NCBI GenBank assembly: GCA_963751345.1
Contig: CAVVUS010000028.1
Coordinates: forward strand, 1 to 23,127
DNA: 23,127 nt
Direction of reading: 5' to 3'
Source: an uncultured Chloroflexia bacterium
GTDB lineage: Bacteria > Chloroflexota > Anaerolineae > B4-G1 > SLSP01
Shown here: piece by piece, positions 1-7,946 of the stretch
How positions within the stretch are numbered: the stretch's first letter is position 1
How the letters are laid out: every line of letters begins with the position of its first letter
Program-made: the position numbers and the translations under genes
The notes under the pieces: generated by a model
Told to the model about the DNA's origin: nothing
The model's database searches: none
The model's input: the letters and a program-made list of their open reading frames with translations, nothing else

Positions 1-339
1 GCCACCGAGCGTTGCACGCCCCTGGATCGCGGTGCCGCCGATAATGGAGGCCGCGTCGATCAAGCCGGGATAGTGCCGGCACACCTCTGCATATTCCGTG
101 AGCCCCGCGCAGGTCACCGCGGCGCCAATCGTCAGACCTTCATCGTCATCGTATGTCACCTGGACGAGCTCCGGAATGTGCTTGAGATCCACGAGCAGGT
201 CGAGGTCGTAGCGGCCCTGACGTAGTTGCACCAGGAGATCGGTTCCCCCCGCCAATGGACGCGCACGCTCGCCGTGCTCGAAGAGCAAGCCAACAACCCG
301 ATCCACGGAGGTCGGGGCTACATAAGAGAATGGCTTCAT
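1..339 (-). CDS. Xanthine dehydrogenase / aerobic CO dehydrogenase family FAD-binding medium subunit (CoxM/CutM/XdhB-like); 5' part only, runs off the left edge
   Basis: Not in the ORF track; translated by hand from ATG at 339: MKPFSYVAPTSVDRVVGLLFEHGERARPLAGGTDLLVQLRQG...LVDLKHIPEL...GLTIGAAVT...LIDAASIIGGTAIQGRATLGG. It has the AGGTDL and (R/N)xATxGG FAD-binding motifs and an upstream GGGAGG RBS. Confidence 0.9.
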   Translation of the reverse strand, partial: MKPFSYVAPTSVDRVVGLLFEHGERARPLAGGTDLLVQLRQGRYDLDLLVDLKHIPELVQVTYDDDEGLTIGAAVTCAGLTEYAEVCRHYPGLIDAASIIGGTAIQGRATLGG

Positions 340-375
340 ATCCAGTCGTCCTCCCTATCTGAGTGTCCAGCAAGG

Positions 376-711
376 CTATGTTATACCGATAAGCAGCCGT
401 GCGCCAGCCACGATCGCCATACCGGCCAACACGGCACCGAAGAGACTCTTTGTCTTCCAGGCTACAATGAAGGTGGGAATCGCGGCCCAGAAGTAGAGGT
501 TATTCCCACCGAGCTCGATTCCGTTCTCGGTGATCACCAGCGACGGCAACAGCATCGCCGATAGGACGGCGACCGGCACGTAGCGCAGCCACGCCACCAC
601 CAGCGGCGGCAACGATCGTGAGGTGAAGAGCCAAAGGGGCAGCAGCCGGGGCAAGTAGGTAACCACCAGCATGCCGACCATTGTGTAGAGGACCAGTTGT
701 TGGTCGATCAT
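376..711 (-). CDS. azlD: AzlD-family branched-chain amino acid exporter small subunit (111 aa)
   Basis: MIDQQLVLYTMVGMLVVTYLPRLLPL...WLRYVPVAVLSAMLLP is a typical AzlD pattern. It has its own RBS-like GGGGAGAG and an ATGA overlap. In this assembly it is in frame with azlC (ORF 376..1479). Confidence 0.85.
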   Translation of the reverse strand: MIDQQLVLYTMVGMLVVTYLPRLLPLWLFTSRSLPPLVVAWLRYVPVAVLSAMLLPSLVITENGIELGGNNLYFWAAIPTFIVAWKTKSLFGAVLAGMAIVAGARLLIGIT

Positions 712-1470
712 GGCGCACTCTCCCCGCCCGGCATCGCGTCGGCGACCTGCCGCATCGGCGCCGGGGCTTCGCATCCGTTCTAGCACCACACCCGCCGTTG
801 CCCCTGCGAGCGTCGCCAGGATCACGCTCCAGCGCCCCAATCCCCACAGCGTGAGCCCAACGGCAAGGAGTCCCGTCAGCACTGCCACGAGGACCTCCAG
901 GCGACGCTTGAGTTGCATCACAAGGAGAGCGATGAACATCGCCGCAAGCGTGTAATCCAGTGCCAGTGGCCTGACATCGGTGATGCGCTCCCCGATCACG
1001 GCGCCCAGCCACGATCCGAAGATCCACGAGACCTGGGCCGTCAGGTTGAGCGCCCCGACCTCGACTTTGCTGGGCACGCCGGCGGGGAAGTGCGTGCTGT
1101 GGAGCGCGAAGGACTCATCGGTGAGTTCGTAGGCAAAGACGGCCAACTGCCACTTGCGCCAGCCCTTCAGGTAGGGCGAAAGGGCCGCCGAAAAGAGCAT
1201 GTGGCGCAGATTGACGATGAAGGTGGTGGCGATGATCGAGAGTGGTGGGGCGGCGGCGGCGAAGAGCCCGACGGCGATCAACTGCGCGGAGCCGGCATAG
1301 ACGATGGTCGACATCGCCAGCGTGTTGAAAAGCGAGAGTCCTGCCTGCTGCGCCAGCACGCCGTAGGCAAAGCCGATCGGCACGTAGCCCATCACGATGG
1401 GCAGCGCCCGGCTCGCCCCGCGCAACCACGCACGATCGTGGACCGCTGTCGCGGCGGTGGTCTTGTCCAT
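708..1470 (-). CDS. azlC: AzlC-family branched-chain amino acid exporter large subunit; apparent +1 indel near the 3' end fuses it to azlD
   Basis: Motifs PIVMGYVPIGFAYG, YAGSAQL, IVNLRHMLFS and LTDESFA. Shifting +1 near 745-760 gives ...ADAMPGGESAP* ending at TGA 710-708, overlapping the azlD ATG. Confidence 0.87.
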
Positions 1471-1484
1471 AGGGGACAAGTGTA
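1471..1484 (-). promoter_or_regulatory. Possible -10 element (TACACT) for a leaderless or near-leaderless azlC transcript
   Basis: TACACT (1484-1479) ends 8 nt before ATG 1470, with no Shine-Dalgarno in between. No convincing -35 box. Confidence 0.35.
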
Positions 1485-1667
1485 CATAAATCGGGGAAAA
1501 AGCGAGGGGGCGCGTGCGCGCACAGAGGAATGGAGACCCACAATCCCTCTCGGGAAGGCGGTCGACATATCAGTCATGTGCCGAACACCTTCCCGCAAGG
1601 TTCGGATGCCCTGCGGTTTGCGAGACCCTGCTTGTGTCAGGCCAACCCCGCTGCAAGGCTTCCAGCA

Positions 1668-3275
1668 CTAGGCGACGGTCTTGCCCTTCAGCAGCCACAT
1701 CCGCGCGGCTTCGCGCCACTCCGAGGTCTTCGGGAAATCCTCGAAGCTGTGTAGGTCCGCCAAGAACGCATCGTCCCGCGAGACACCAAGCGTCTGCAGC
1801 AGCCGATAGTCCTGCAGGCTCTCGGCGAAGACCTCCCAGCGCAGCGAGTCGACGGGACCATCGGGTCCCGGATAGACCATAAACGGGTCGCCGTAGGCCC
1901 ACCCGCGCTGCCAGGCCAGGCCGTCCTGGACGGTGTAGGGATCGATCAGGTTGCGGGTCTGAGATTGATACCAGTAGTTATAGCCCCAGTGCAGAAAGCC
2001 CTTGAAGGGCCAGCGGTAGAAGAGAAATCCGTGCATCGCGATCTTGGGAAGCGGCGTGTCCAGCAGCCGGTTGAGATAGTGCCCCCGCGGGCCACAGCAG
2101 TAGTAGCACCAGGACGGGATCCCCTCGGCAGCAAAGTCCAAGGCCGTACTGATGCTCGGGATCGGCATATCCATCACGCCCTGGCGCGCGAACGTGATGT
2201 CGCTCAGCGCATCCATCGTCTTAATCCAGGGCGCCAGCTCTCGCAGCATCGCGCGATCCTCGCGGTACTGCGGCAGATGCTCGCCGTGAGGCTCATCGGA
2301 GACGTGGAAGAACGAATGATCGAGGATCTCCTCCTGCACCAGGAAACGGTGGAGCTCGGGCAGGAACTGTGCCAGAAAGGTGCGATAGATCTCCGATGTC
2401 GCCGGGGTCTCCGGGTCCCAGAGCAGGCGCTCCTCGCGTCCCTGTCCCTCGTAGATGCGGATCGCGTGCTTCGCGCCCCACTGGGTGAAGAAGTGGCACC
2501 ATTCGAAGTGGGTGATACCCGCGGCCTTCGCCTGATCGACGTAGCGTTTGACGTCGCGCCAGTCAAAGGAATACCTCGCGTCCGTCGTGCGCTGCACGTT
2601 CAGCAACTGGCTGGGGCGCTTTACCCCATCGAGCGGCGGGGTGAAGACGGGGACGTAGAGCGTGTCCTGCCCGTGTGCCACCACATCGCGGATGTAGGCC
2701 GGCAGGACAGCCCAAAATCGCGTGTCGAAGAGATCGGTCCGGTACCAGTCGATCAGGGCATCGACGTAGAACCAGTGCGTGATGTGGAAATCTCTTCGCG
2801 GTTCGAGCACCACATCGTGGACGTAGACCGTGGCGACGCGATCAGCTTCCGTGCCACGCTCCGGAATCACACGGACTTGAAGGTCAGCCATGCCGGCGGG
2901 CGTACCTGTGCCGGGAATAGCCGTCACCCAGAAGGCGTGGGTCTCTCTCTCCGGCAACAGCATCTCGTCCTCGTCGAAGAGCGGATCAGGGACAAAACCG
3001 GGGATGGGACCACTTACGTCCGTATCCTCATCGACGGGCGTGTTGTGATGACGGACAGGAACGTAACCGACCCGGCGTACGCGGACCGACCATCCGGGCG
3101 GCCCATCGACGGCGACACGTACGTGACGTCGTTCCTCGTCCTCCAGCCGGAGCACAACCTGAAAGCTCAGCTGCTCGTTGCGTGCGCCGTGTAGGACGAG
3201 CGGCTCCGGGCGCAACGGTAACGTGGACGGGAAATTCCGGACCAGCGACGGTGCCAGCCAGACGTGTAGAGTCAT
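1668..3275 (-). CDS. DUF4091-domain protein, GH123-like putative glycoside hydrolase (535 aa)
   Basis: GARNEQLSFQ N-terminus, PDPL, adjacent Asp-Glu in HVSDEP, WCYYCCGP, GFLHWGYNYW, and GDPFMVYPG...SLRWEVFAESLQDY C-terminus typical of DUF4091 proteins. GGAG RBS. Confidence 0.8.
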   Translation of the reverse strand: MTLHVWLAPSLVRNFPSTLPLRPEPLVLHGARNEQLSFQVVLRLEDEERRHVRVAVDGPPGWSVRVRRVGYVPVRHHNTPVDEDTDVSGPIPGFVPDPLFDEDEMLLPERETHAFWVTAIPGTGTPAGMADLQVRVIPERGTEADRVATVYVHDVVLEPRRDFHITHWFYVDALIDWYRTDLFDTRFWAVLPAYIRDVVAHGQDTLYVPVFTPPLDGVKRPSQLLNVQRTTDARYSFDWRDVKRYVDQAKAAGITHFEWCHFFTQWGAKHAIRIYEGQGREERLLWDPETPATSEIYRTFLAQFLPELHRFLVQEEILDHSFFHVSDEPHGEHLPQYREDRAMLRELAPWIKTMDALSDITFARQGVMDMPIPSISTALDFAAEGIPSWCYYCCGPRGHYLNRLLDTPLPKIAMHGFLFYRWPFKGFLHWGYNYWYQSQTRNLIDPYTVQDGLAWQRGWAYGDPFMVYPGPDGPVDSLRWEVFAESLQDYRLLQTLGVSRDDAFLADLHSFEDFPKTSEWREAARMWLLKGKTVA

Positions 3276-3414
3276 GGACGTGCATCTCCGATGGCGAGTG
3301 CAGGAGCAAATGTCTCGACCGAGGAAAGTATCCTATGGGGTATTCACGTGCCCACTGCCCACGCATCTGTTATGGCACTCAGGATGACCGCCGCGAAAGG
3401 TTACCGCGATCGGT

Positions 3415-3959
3415 CTACGCGTGACAACACAGGGCGTCCGCGACCGTGTCGCAGCCGAGGGCACGCAATTCGACCTCGCCGACACCGGCAGCGGCCTCGT
3501 GCACGATCCACGCGGCATTGTAGAGATCCTGATGCAGGGCGACAAAGACCAGGCGATCACCGGTCCGGGGCATCGGATGGGGACAGCAGCACGCACCAGA
3601 CTTCTTTCGGTGGGATACGGAATCGGGCGTCCTGACTGAGGGCGAGGACAAGCCGGGAACCGACGGTGTCGGCGTCGCCTGGCGGTACGTGACCTGGGTC
3701 TCGTAATGAACACCATCCCCGTAGGTCACGCCACCCAGCGACTCGTCGAATGTCCTGCGGCGTCGTCGCCGGCTCGGCCTGCGCTACGCGCAGCGTCACG
3801 CCCTCAGCGTTCGCCTTGTAGTCGAGATAGGCCTGCAGTGCTGTCTCCCACGACGCGACGTGCCGGCCCGGAACTGAGCAAGATGCCCATCGCCAGGCCC
3901 CCCAACAGCAACATCGCCACGCCCGCAACACCGGTGATGACGATGAGACGTCGCTGCAT
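3415..3959 (-). CDS. Membrane-anchored or secreted hypothetical protein (about 179 aa when repaired), broken by about 5 single-base +1 frameshifts
   Basis: GGAGG RBS and ATG 3959, then MQRRLIVITGVAGVAMLLLGGLAMGILLSSG (TM/signal). The reading continues by successive +1 shifts: VASWETALQAYLDY / FDESLGGVTYGDGVHY / SGRPIPY / PPKEVWCVLL / GDRLVFVALHQDLYNAAWIVHE...LGCD...*. Confidence 0.6.
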
Positions 3960-4039
3960 CTCACACCTCCAGTCAAATCAGCGAGAGAACCATTGAGCGA
4001 TCAGCTCCTGTCCGGTTCTCACCATCTGGCCTCCGGCTC

Positions 4040-5149
4040 CTATCTGTACGGCTCGACCGCCATCATCAACGCCTCGGCCTGGGCCTCATCGGCAAACGAC
4101 GTCGCGATGTACATCCCTGCACCGCCCACGGCGTCCAAGAGCGGGACGACCTCCTCCGGTCGCACCCCGATCGCCTGGACCGACTTGCCGGCCGACAGGA
4201 TCCTGCGATACATCGGATACCACGCCGGGTTGCCGCCGGTGGGCACTTGAGGGTCCGGCGTCCATTCGATCGCGTCCAGCGGCTCAATGTCCAGCAGCAG
4301 ATCGAGGTGGGGAATGCACTGGTGTCCGTCGAGGTGGAACATCGAATGGTCCAACCACGCACACTGCTCGGTCAGTGCAGGAACGACGAAGGTCTCGAAC
4401 ATCCGCGGAGAAAACATCGCGGACGCGTCACACTGCACCTTGGCCATCTTGCCGGGGCTCCAGAGGCCAAACGCACAGAAGGTCGAGCTGCCGTCTGCCG
4501 CCCTGATGACGTCGTAAATACGGTCGTACACCTCAAAGAAGGCCCGGTTGACCTCATCGACTTTCCGGATCACCCAGTCGGGGCGCTCGATCATGTCCAT
4601 CAGCAACATCTGCGGGTCGCGAAGCGCCGCAACGATGTCCACGTTTTCGATAACGTCCGGACAACCGACGAAGTACTTTCCCCGCGCAAGATTCGCGCAG
4701 GCTTTCAGCGTGGCCTCGGTGATCTGCCACCACCGGGATTCGGGTCTGAACCGGAGCGGCGGATACCCCTCGGGATCGAGGGGATCGATCATCGGCTCGT
4801 ACCAGACGGTGTCCTCGGCGAGCCTCGCCTCGCCGCCCAGATAGAGCGCCAGCGATCCCGGCCCGACGTCCGCATTGGCGATCGGCAGAGTGTCCGCCAG
4901 GAAAGCGTGTTCGGCGAGGCGGTAGTGATTCCAACGAGCCTTCCACTCGGGCTGAGTGTAATAGTAGGTGATATCCGGCGCATCGCCCGGATGGGCCACA
5001 GCCTCGTGCGGCTCGTCCCGTGGCACAGGCGTTCCCCACAGGACGAGGCCGTCATGGTGCCACCAGTCAATGAAGTGCTGCTTGGCGGTGGGCCAATCGG
5101 GCTTCCAGGCACATATCATCGGCGCAAACTCCTTCGTGTCCCTTGCCAT
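4040..5149 (-). CDS. Uroporphyrinogen decarboxylase / MtaA-CmuA methyltransferase-like TIM-barrel protein (HLDG subtype)
   Basis: GPGSLALYLG, VAALRDPQMLLMDMIERPDWV, QCDASAMFSPRMFETFVVP, MFHLDG, IEWTP. ATG 5149 overlaps the upstream TGA (TGATG). Confidence 0.75.
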   Translation of the reverse strand: MARDTKEFAPMICAWKPDWPTAKQHFIDWWHHDGLVLWGTPVPRDEPHEAVAHPGDAPDITYYYTQPEWKARWNHYRLAEHAFLADTLPIANADVGPGSLALYLGGEARLAEDTVWYEPMIDPLDPEGYPPLRFRPESRWWQITEATLKACANLARGKYFVGCPDVIENVDIVAALRDPQMLLMDMIERPDWVIRKVDEVNRAFFEVYDRIYDVIRAADGSSTFCAFGLWSPGKMAKVQCDASAMFSPRMFETFVVPALTEQCAWLDHSMFHLDGHQCIPHLDLLLDIEPLDAIEWTPDPQVPTGGNPAWYPMYRRILSAGKSVQAIGVRPEEVVPLLDAVGGAGMYIATSFADEAQAEALMMAVEPYR

Positions 5150-6735
5150 CAAAACCCGACGGCCTGGCCATCCTTACGCCAGTCGGTACCGGCGCAGTAA
5201 CCGTCCGGCAGACGGTAGATGAGCTGGGCGCCGCCAAAACGTCCGGGCCCCGCATCGTCGTGGACCGTGTGGCCACGGCGCCGAAGCGCCTCCACGACCT
5301 CCGGGGCAAACCCGGGTTCTAGCCAGAGATCGCCCTGATCGTCCACAAACCACCGCGGCCCGTCCGAGGCGACCTGCGGATTCTGGCCATAGTCGAAGAT
5401 GCGCACCATCATCTGCAGGTGACCCTGCGGCTGCATCGGCCCGCCCATAACGCCAAAGCTCATCACGGGGTGCTCGTCCTCCCCCGTGACGAAGGCGGGG
5501 ATGATGGTGTGGTAAGGACGCTTCCCGCCCGCCACCTGATTAGGGTGACCTTTCTCAAGCGTGAAACCCGCACCCCGGTCCTGCAGTGAGATGCCGGTGC
5601 CGGGAATCACGATGCCGGAACCGAAACCGTGATAGTTCGACTGGATGTACGAGACCATCATCCCGTCCGCATCGGCAGCGGTAAGGTAGACCGTGCCGTG
5701 GTCCATAGGCAAGGCTGAAGTCGGGAAAGCGGCCCGTGTGATATCGATCTCTCGAGCGCGGCCCCCCAGGAAGTCCGGATCGAGCAGGGCCTCCGGAGGC
5801 ACCTCCATCCACGCCGGATCGGCGATGTGACGGTGGGCCTCGGCGAAGGCCAGCTTCATCGCCTCGACCTGCAGGTGAACGCTGTTCGCTGAATCGACAG
5901 GGTAGGAGGCAAGGTCGAAGTGCTGAAGGATGCCCAATGCGATCAGCGCCGCCAGCCCCTGACCGTTCGGCGGAATCTCATGGAGGTGTACGCCCCGGTA
6001 GGCCTGCGCCATCGGCGTGACCCATTCGGCTTCGTGCGCTGCGAGATCGTCCTCCGTCATCAGCCCACCGGTCGCGCGTGCGTGGGCCGTGATCCTTTCG
6101 GCCAGCTCTCCGTGGTAGAAGGCCTCGCCGTGGGTTGCCGCGATCATCTCCAACGTGGTCGCGTGATCCGGCAGCCGGAAGAGTTCCCCGGGCCGGGGCG
6201 CCCTGCCCTCAGGCAGGAAGGTCTCGGCAAAGGAGGGAAACCCGGCGTAGCGCTGCTCGGCACGCTCCCACGCTCGCGCCGTGATCGGCGAGACCAGATA
6301 CCCCTCTCGGGCGTACCGCACCGCGTCCGTGAAGAGATCCGGGAAGGGAAGCTTGCCCAAGCGATCGGACAGCGCCACCCACCCGCTCACTGCGCCGGGC
6401 ACTGTCACCGAATCCCACCCAATGGCGGGCATCCGCTCCAGCCCCGCGAAGCGCTCCGGCGTCAGCAATCGAGGCGCTCGCCCCGAGGCGTTGAGCCCGT
6501 AGAGCTGCCACCCATCCCAGACGATGGCGAAGGCGTCGCTCCCGATGCCATTGCTCGTCGGCTCGACGACGGTCAGCGCGATGGCAGCCGCCAGCGCGGC
6601 GTCCACCGCGTTTCCCCCCTTGCGCAGTGCTGCCAGCCCGGCCTCAGCAGCCAATGGCTGCGATGTCGCGACGACGGACTTGGCCAGGATCGGCATGCGC
6701 TGTGATTTGTAGGGAAAGTCCCACGAAAAGGCCAT
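5149..6735 (-). CDS. ggt: Gamma-glutamyltransferase family Ntn hydrolase, cytoplasmic YwrD/HpxW-like subgroup (528 aa)
   Basis: GGNAVDAA, EPTSNGIGSDAF, LNASGRAP, PPNGQG, autoproteolysis site HG|TVYL, SYIQSN, KRPYHTIIP, FGVMGGPMQPQGH, DWRKDG. No signal peptide. AGGAG RBS. Confidence 0.92.
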   Translation of the reverse strand: MAFSWDFPYKSQRMPILAKSVVATSQPLAAEAGLAALRKGGNAVDAALAAAIALTVVEPTSNGIGSDAFAIVWDGWQLYGLNASGRAPRLLTPERFAGLERMPAIGWDSVTVPGAVSGWVALSDRLGKLPFPDLFTDAVRYAREGYLVSPITARAWERAEQRYAGFPSFAETFLPEGRAPRPGELFRLPDHATTLEMIAATHGEAFYHGELAERITAHARATGGLMTEDDLAAHEAEWVTPMAQAYRGVHLHEIPPNGQGLAALIALGILQHFDLASYPVDSANSVHLQVEAMKLAFAEAHRHIADPAWMEVPPEALLDPDFLGGRAREIDITRAAFPTSALPMDHGTVYLTAADADGMMVSYIQSNYHGFGSGIVIPGTGISLQDRGAGFTLEKGHPNQVAGGKRPYHTIIPAFVTGEDEHPVMSFGVMGGPMQPQGHLQMMVRIFDYGQNPQVASDGPRWFVDDQGDLWLEPGFAPEVVEALRRRGHTVHDDAGPGRFGGAQLIYRLPDGYCAGTDWRKDGQAVGF

Positions 6736-6765
6736 ACGAATCTCCTATACGAGTGTGGTAAGGTC

Positions 6766-6870
6766 GACGAGTGACGGGTGACGATTGATCCGTGAAACGA
6801 TAGACAACGCAGTGTCAAGTGACTCGTTACCTATCGTGTCACGGGGTCAATCGTCATATTGTCACTCGTC
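6766..6870. repeat. About 105-nt imperfect inverted repeat (long hairpin) built from GA[G/T]TGAC heptamers, REP/STRR-like
   Basis: Left arm gacgagtgacgggtgacgattgatccgtgaaacgatagacaacg versus reverse complement of the right arm gacgagtgacaatatgacgattgaccccgtgacacgataggtaacg. It overlaps the last 13 codons of the upstream glycosidase gene. Confidence 0.8.
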
Positions 6871-7886
6871 AGTTGTTCTACACCTTCCGCAAATGCCGCC
6901 AGCGCCGGCTTCGGGCTCTGGTCGATCCCGACCAGGCCCCAGGCGGTCTCTGCGGGGCAGTCGGGCGCGCCGCACTGCCAGCATTGGGCCTGGTCTTCCC
7001 AGCGGTAGAAGAAGGCGCCTAGAAGTTTGTCGCGTTGCGCCCGGAATCCCTCGAACGCCACGCGCACGAACTTCGCCTGCACCTCGGGCGTGTGCCCGGC
7101 GTCCCAGGCATAGTACCATTTCTTGTATTGGCAGACGTAGGGATGCGAGGCCCGTTCCTCTTCGGTCAGCAAACCCCCGACCGACGAATATCCCCACTCG
7201 TTGACCAGGACCTTGGTCTGGGTCAGGGCGTAGAGCTCGGCGATACGATCGGACCACGCCTCCGGCCCGCCTCCTTGCCACGTCCCATAGTAGGCATCGA
7301 CGCCGCAGTAGTCGAGCAGCCCTTCCTGCTCGGCGTGCAGGCGCCCGTAGAGGAAGTAGGCCTTGTCGCTGCCGGCGGTGTTGGTGCCCACGATCAGGCC
7401 GGGATCGCCCATCTTGAGCCCGCGGGCACCGGCAAGGATCAGATCGCTGGCCTCACGCGGGTTGAGCGGACCCGCGAAGATCGGGATATCGAGCTCGTTG
7501 GCGATCTGCCACATCTCGACCGCGCCGTGGAGGTCCTGGGCCAGGAAACGGCAAAGCTCGCGATAGTTCCGCAGGAACTCATTCGTCCCCGGCTTGCCCA
7601 TATACTCGGGCACGTCAGCGTGCCAGACCGTCTGCAGCACCCCCCGTGCGTCGGGCTCCTGCTTTCCGATGCCCAACAGCGGCGAGACCCCCATCACGCG
7701 AAATCCCTTCGCGACCCAGGCAAGGGCAGCGGCCTTCGCCTCTCGATAGGCCTCCGTCGTCTCTCCCCCGACGCGGTCGACGAAGGGGTACGTGAAGTTC
7801 TGCCGCACCCATCCGATGCCGGCAGACTTCATCAGCGCCGTATCCGCGTTAGCGAAGGCGCTGGTGCCAATTATGATCTCGGACAT
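6831..7886 (-). CDS. Clan GH-A glycoside hydrolase (GH5/GH39-like, family uncertain), cytoplasmic (351 aa)
   Basis: AGIGWVRQNF, acid/base WQIANELD, GVDAYYG, nucleophile-like VNEWGYSS, AFFYRWED, WGLV. GGAAGGAG RBS. Confidence 0.75.
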   Translation of the reverse strand: MSEIIIGTSAFANADTALMKSAGIGWVRQNFTYPFVDRVGGETTEAYREAKAAALAWVAKGFRVMGVSPLLGIGKQEPDARGVLQTVWHADVPEYMGKPGTNEFLRNYRELCRFLAQDLHGAVEMWQIANELDIPIFAGPLNPREASDLILAGARGLKMGDPGLIVGTNTAGSDKAYFLYGRLHAEQEGLLDYCGVDAYYGTWQGGGPEAWSDRIAELYALTQTKVLVNEWGYSSVGGLLTEEERASHPYVCQYKKWYYAWDAGHTPEVQAKFVRVAFEGFRAQRDKLLGAFFYRWEDQAQCWQCGAPDCPAETAWGLVGIDQSPKPALAAFAEGVEQLTSDNMTIDPVTR

Positions 7887-7918
7887 TGAGCATCTCCTTC
7901 CAACGGCGAGGCCTACCC

Positions 7919-7946
7919 GTCACTCGTCAATCGTCACTCGTCACTG
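7919..7946. repeat. Tandem heptamer repeat x4 (GTCACTC GTCAATC GTCACTC GTCACTG)
   Basis: Read directly. Same unit as the 6766-6870 hairpin arms; one unit contains the TGA stop of the GH16 gene. Confidence 0.8.

Noticed and set aside
1520-1665. Lysine or c-di-GMP riboswitch (AGAGG, GGAAGG, GCCGAA and GCAAAC words)
   Set aside because: Word order and spacing do not fit either consensus, and the lysine-like words are on the non-coding strand.
1-6735. Purine degradation cluster (xanthine dehydrogenase plus HpxW oxamate amidohydrolase)
   Set aside because: No uricase, allantoinase or other purine genes are present, the two genes are separated by unrelated ones, and family membership alone does not give the substrate.
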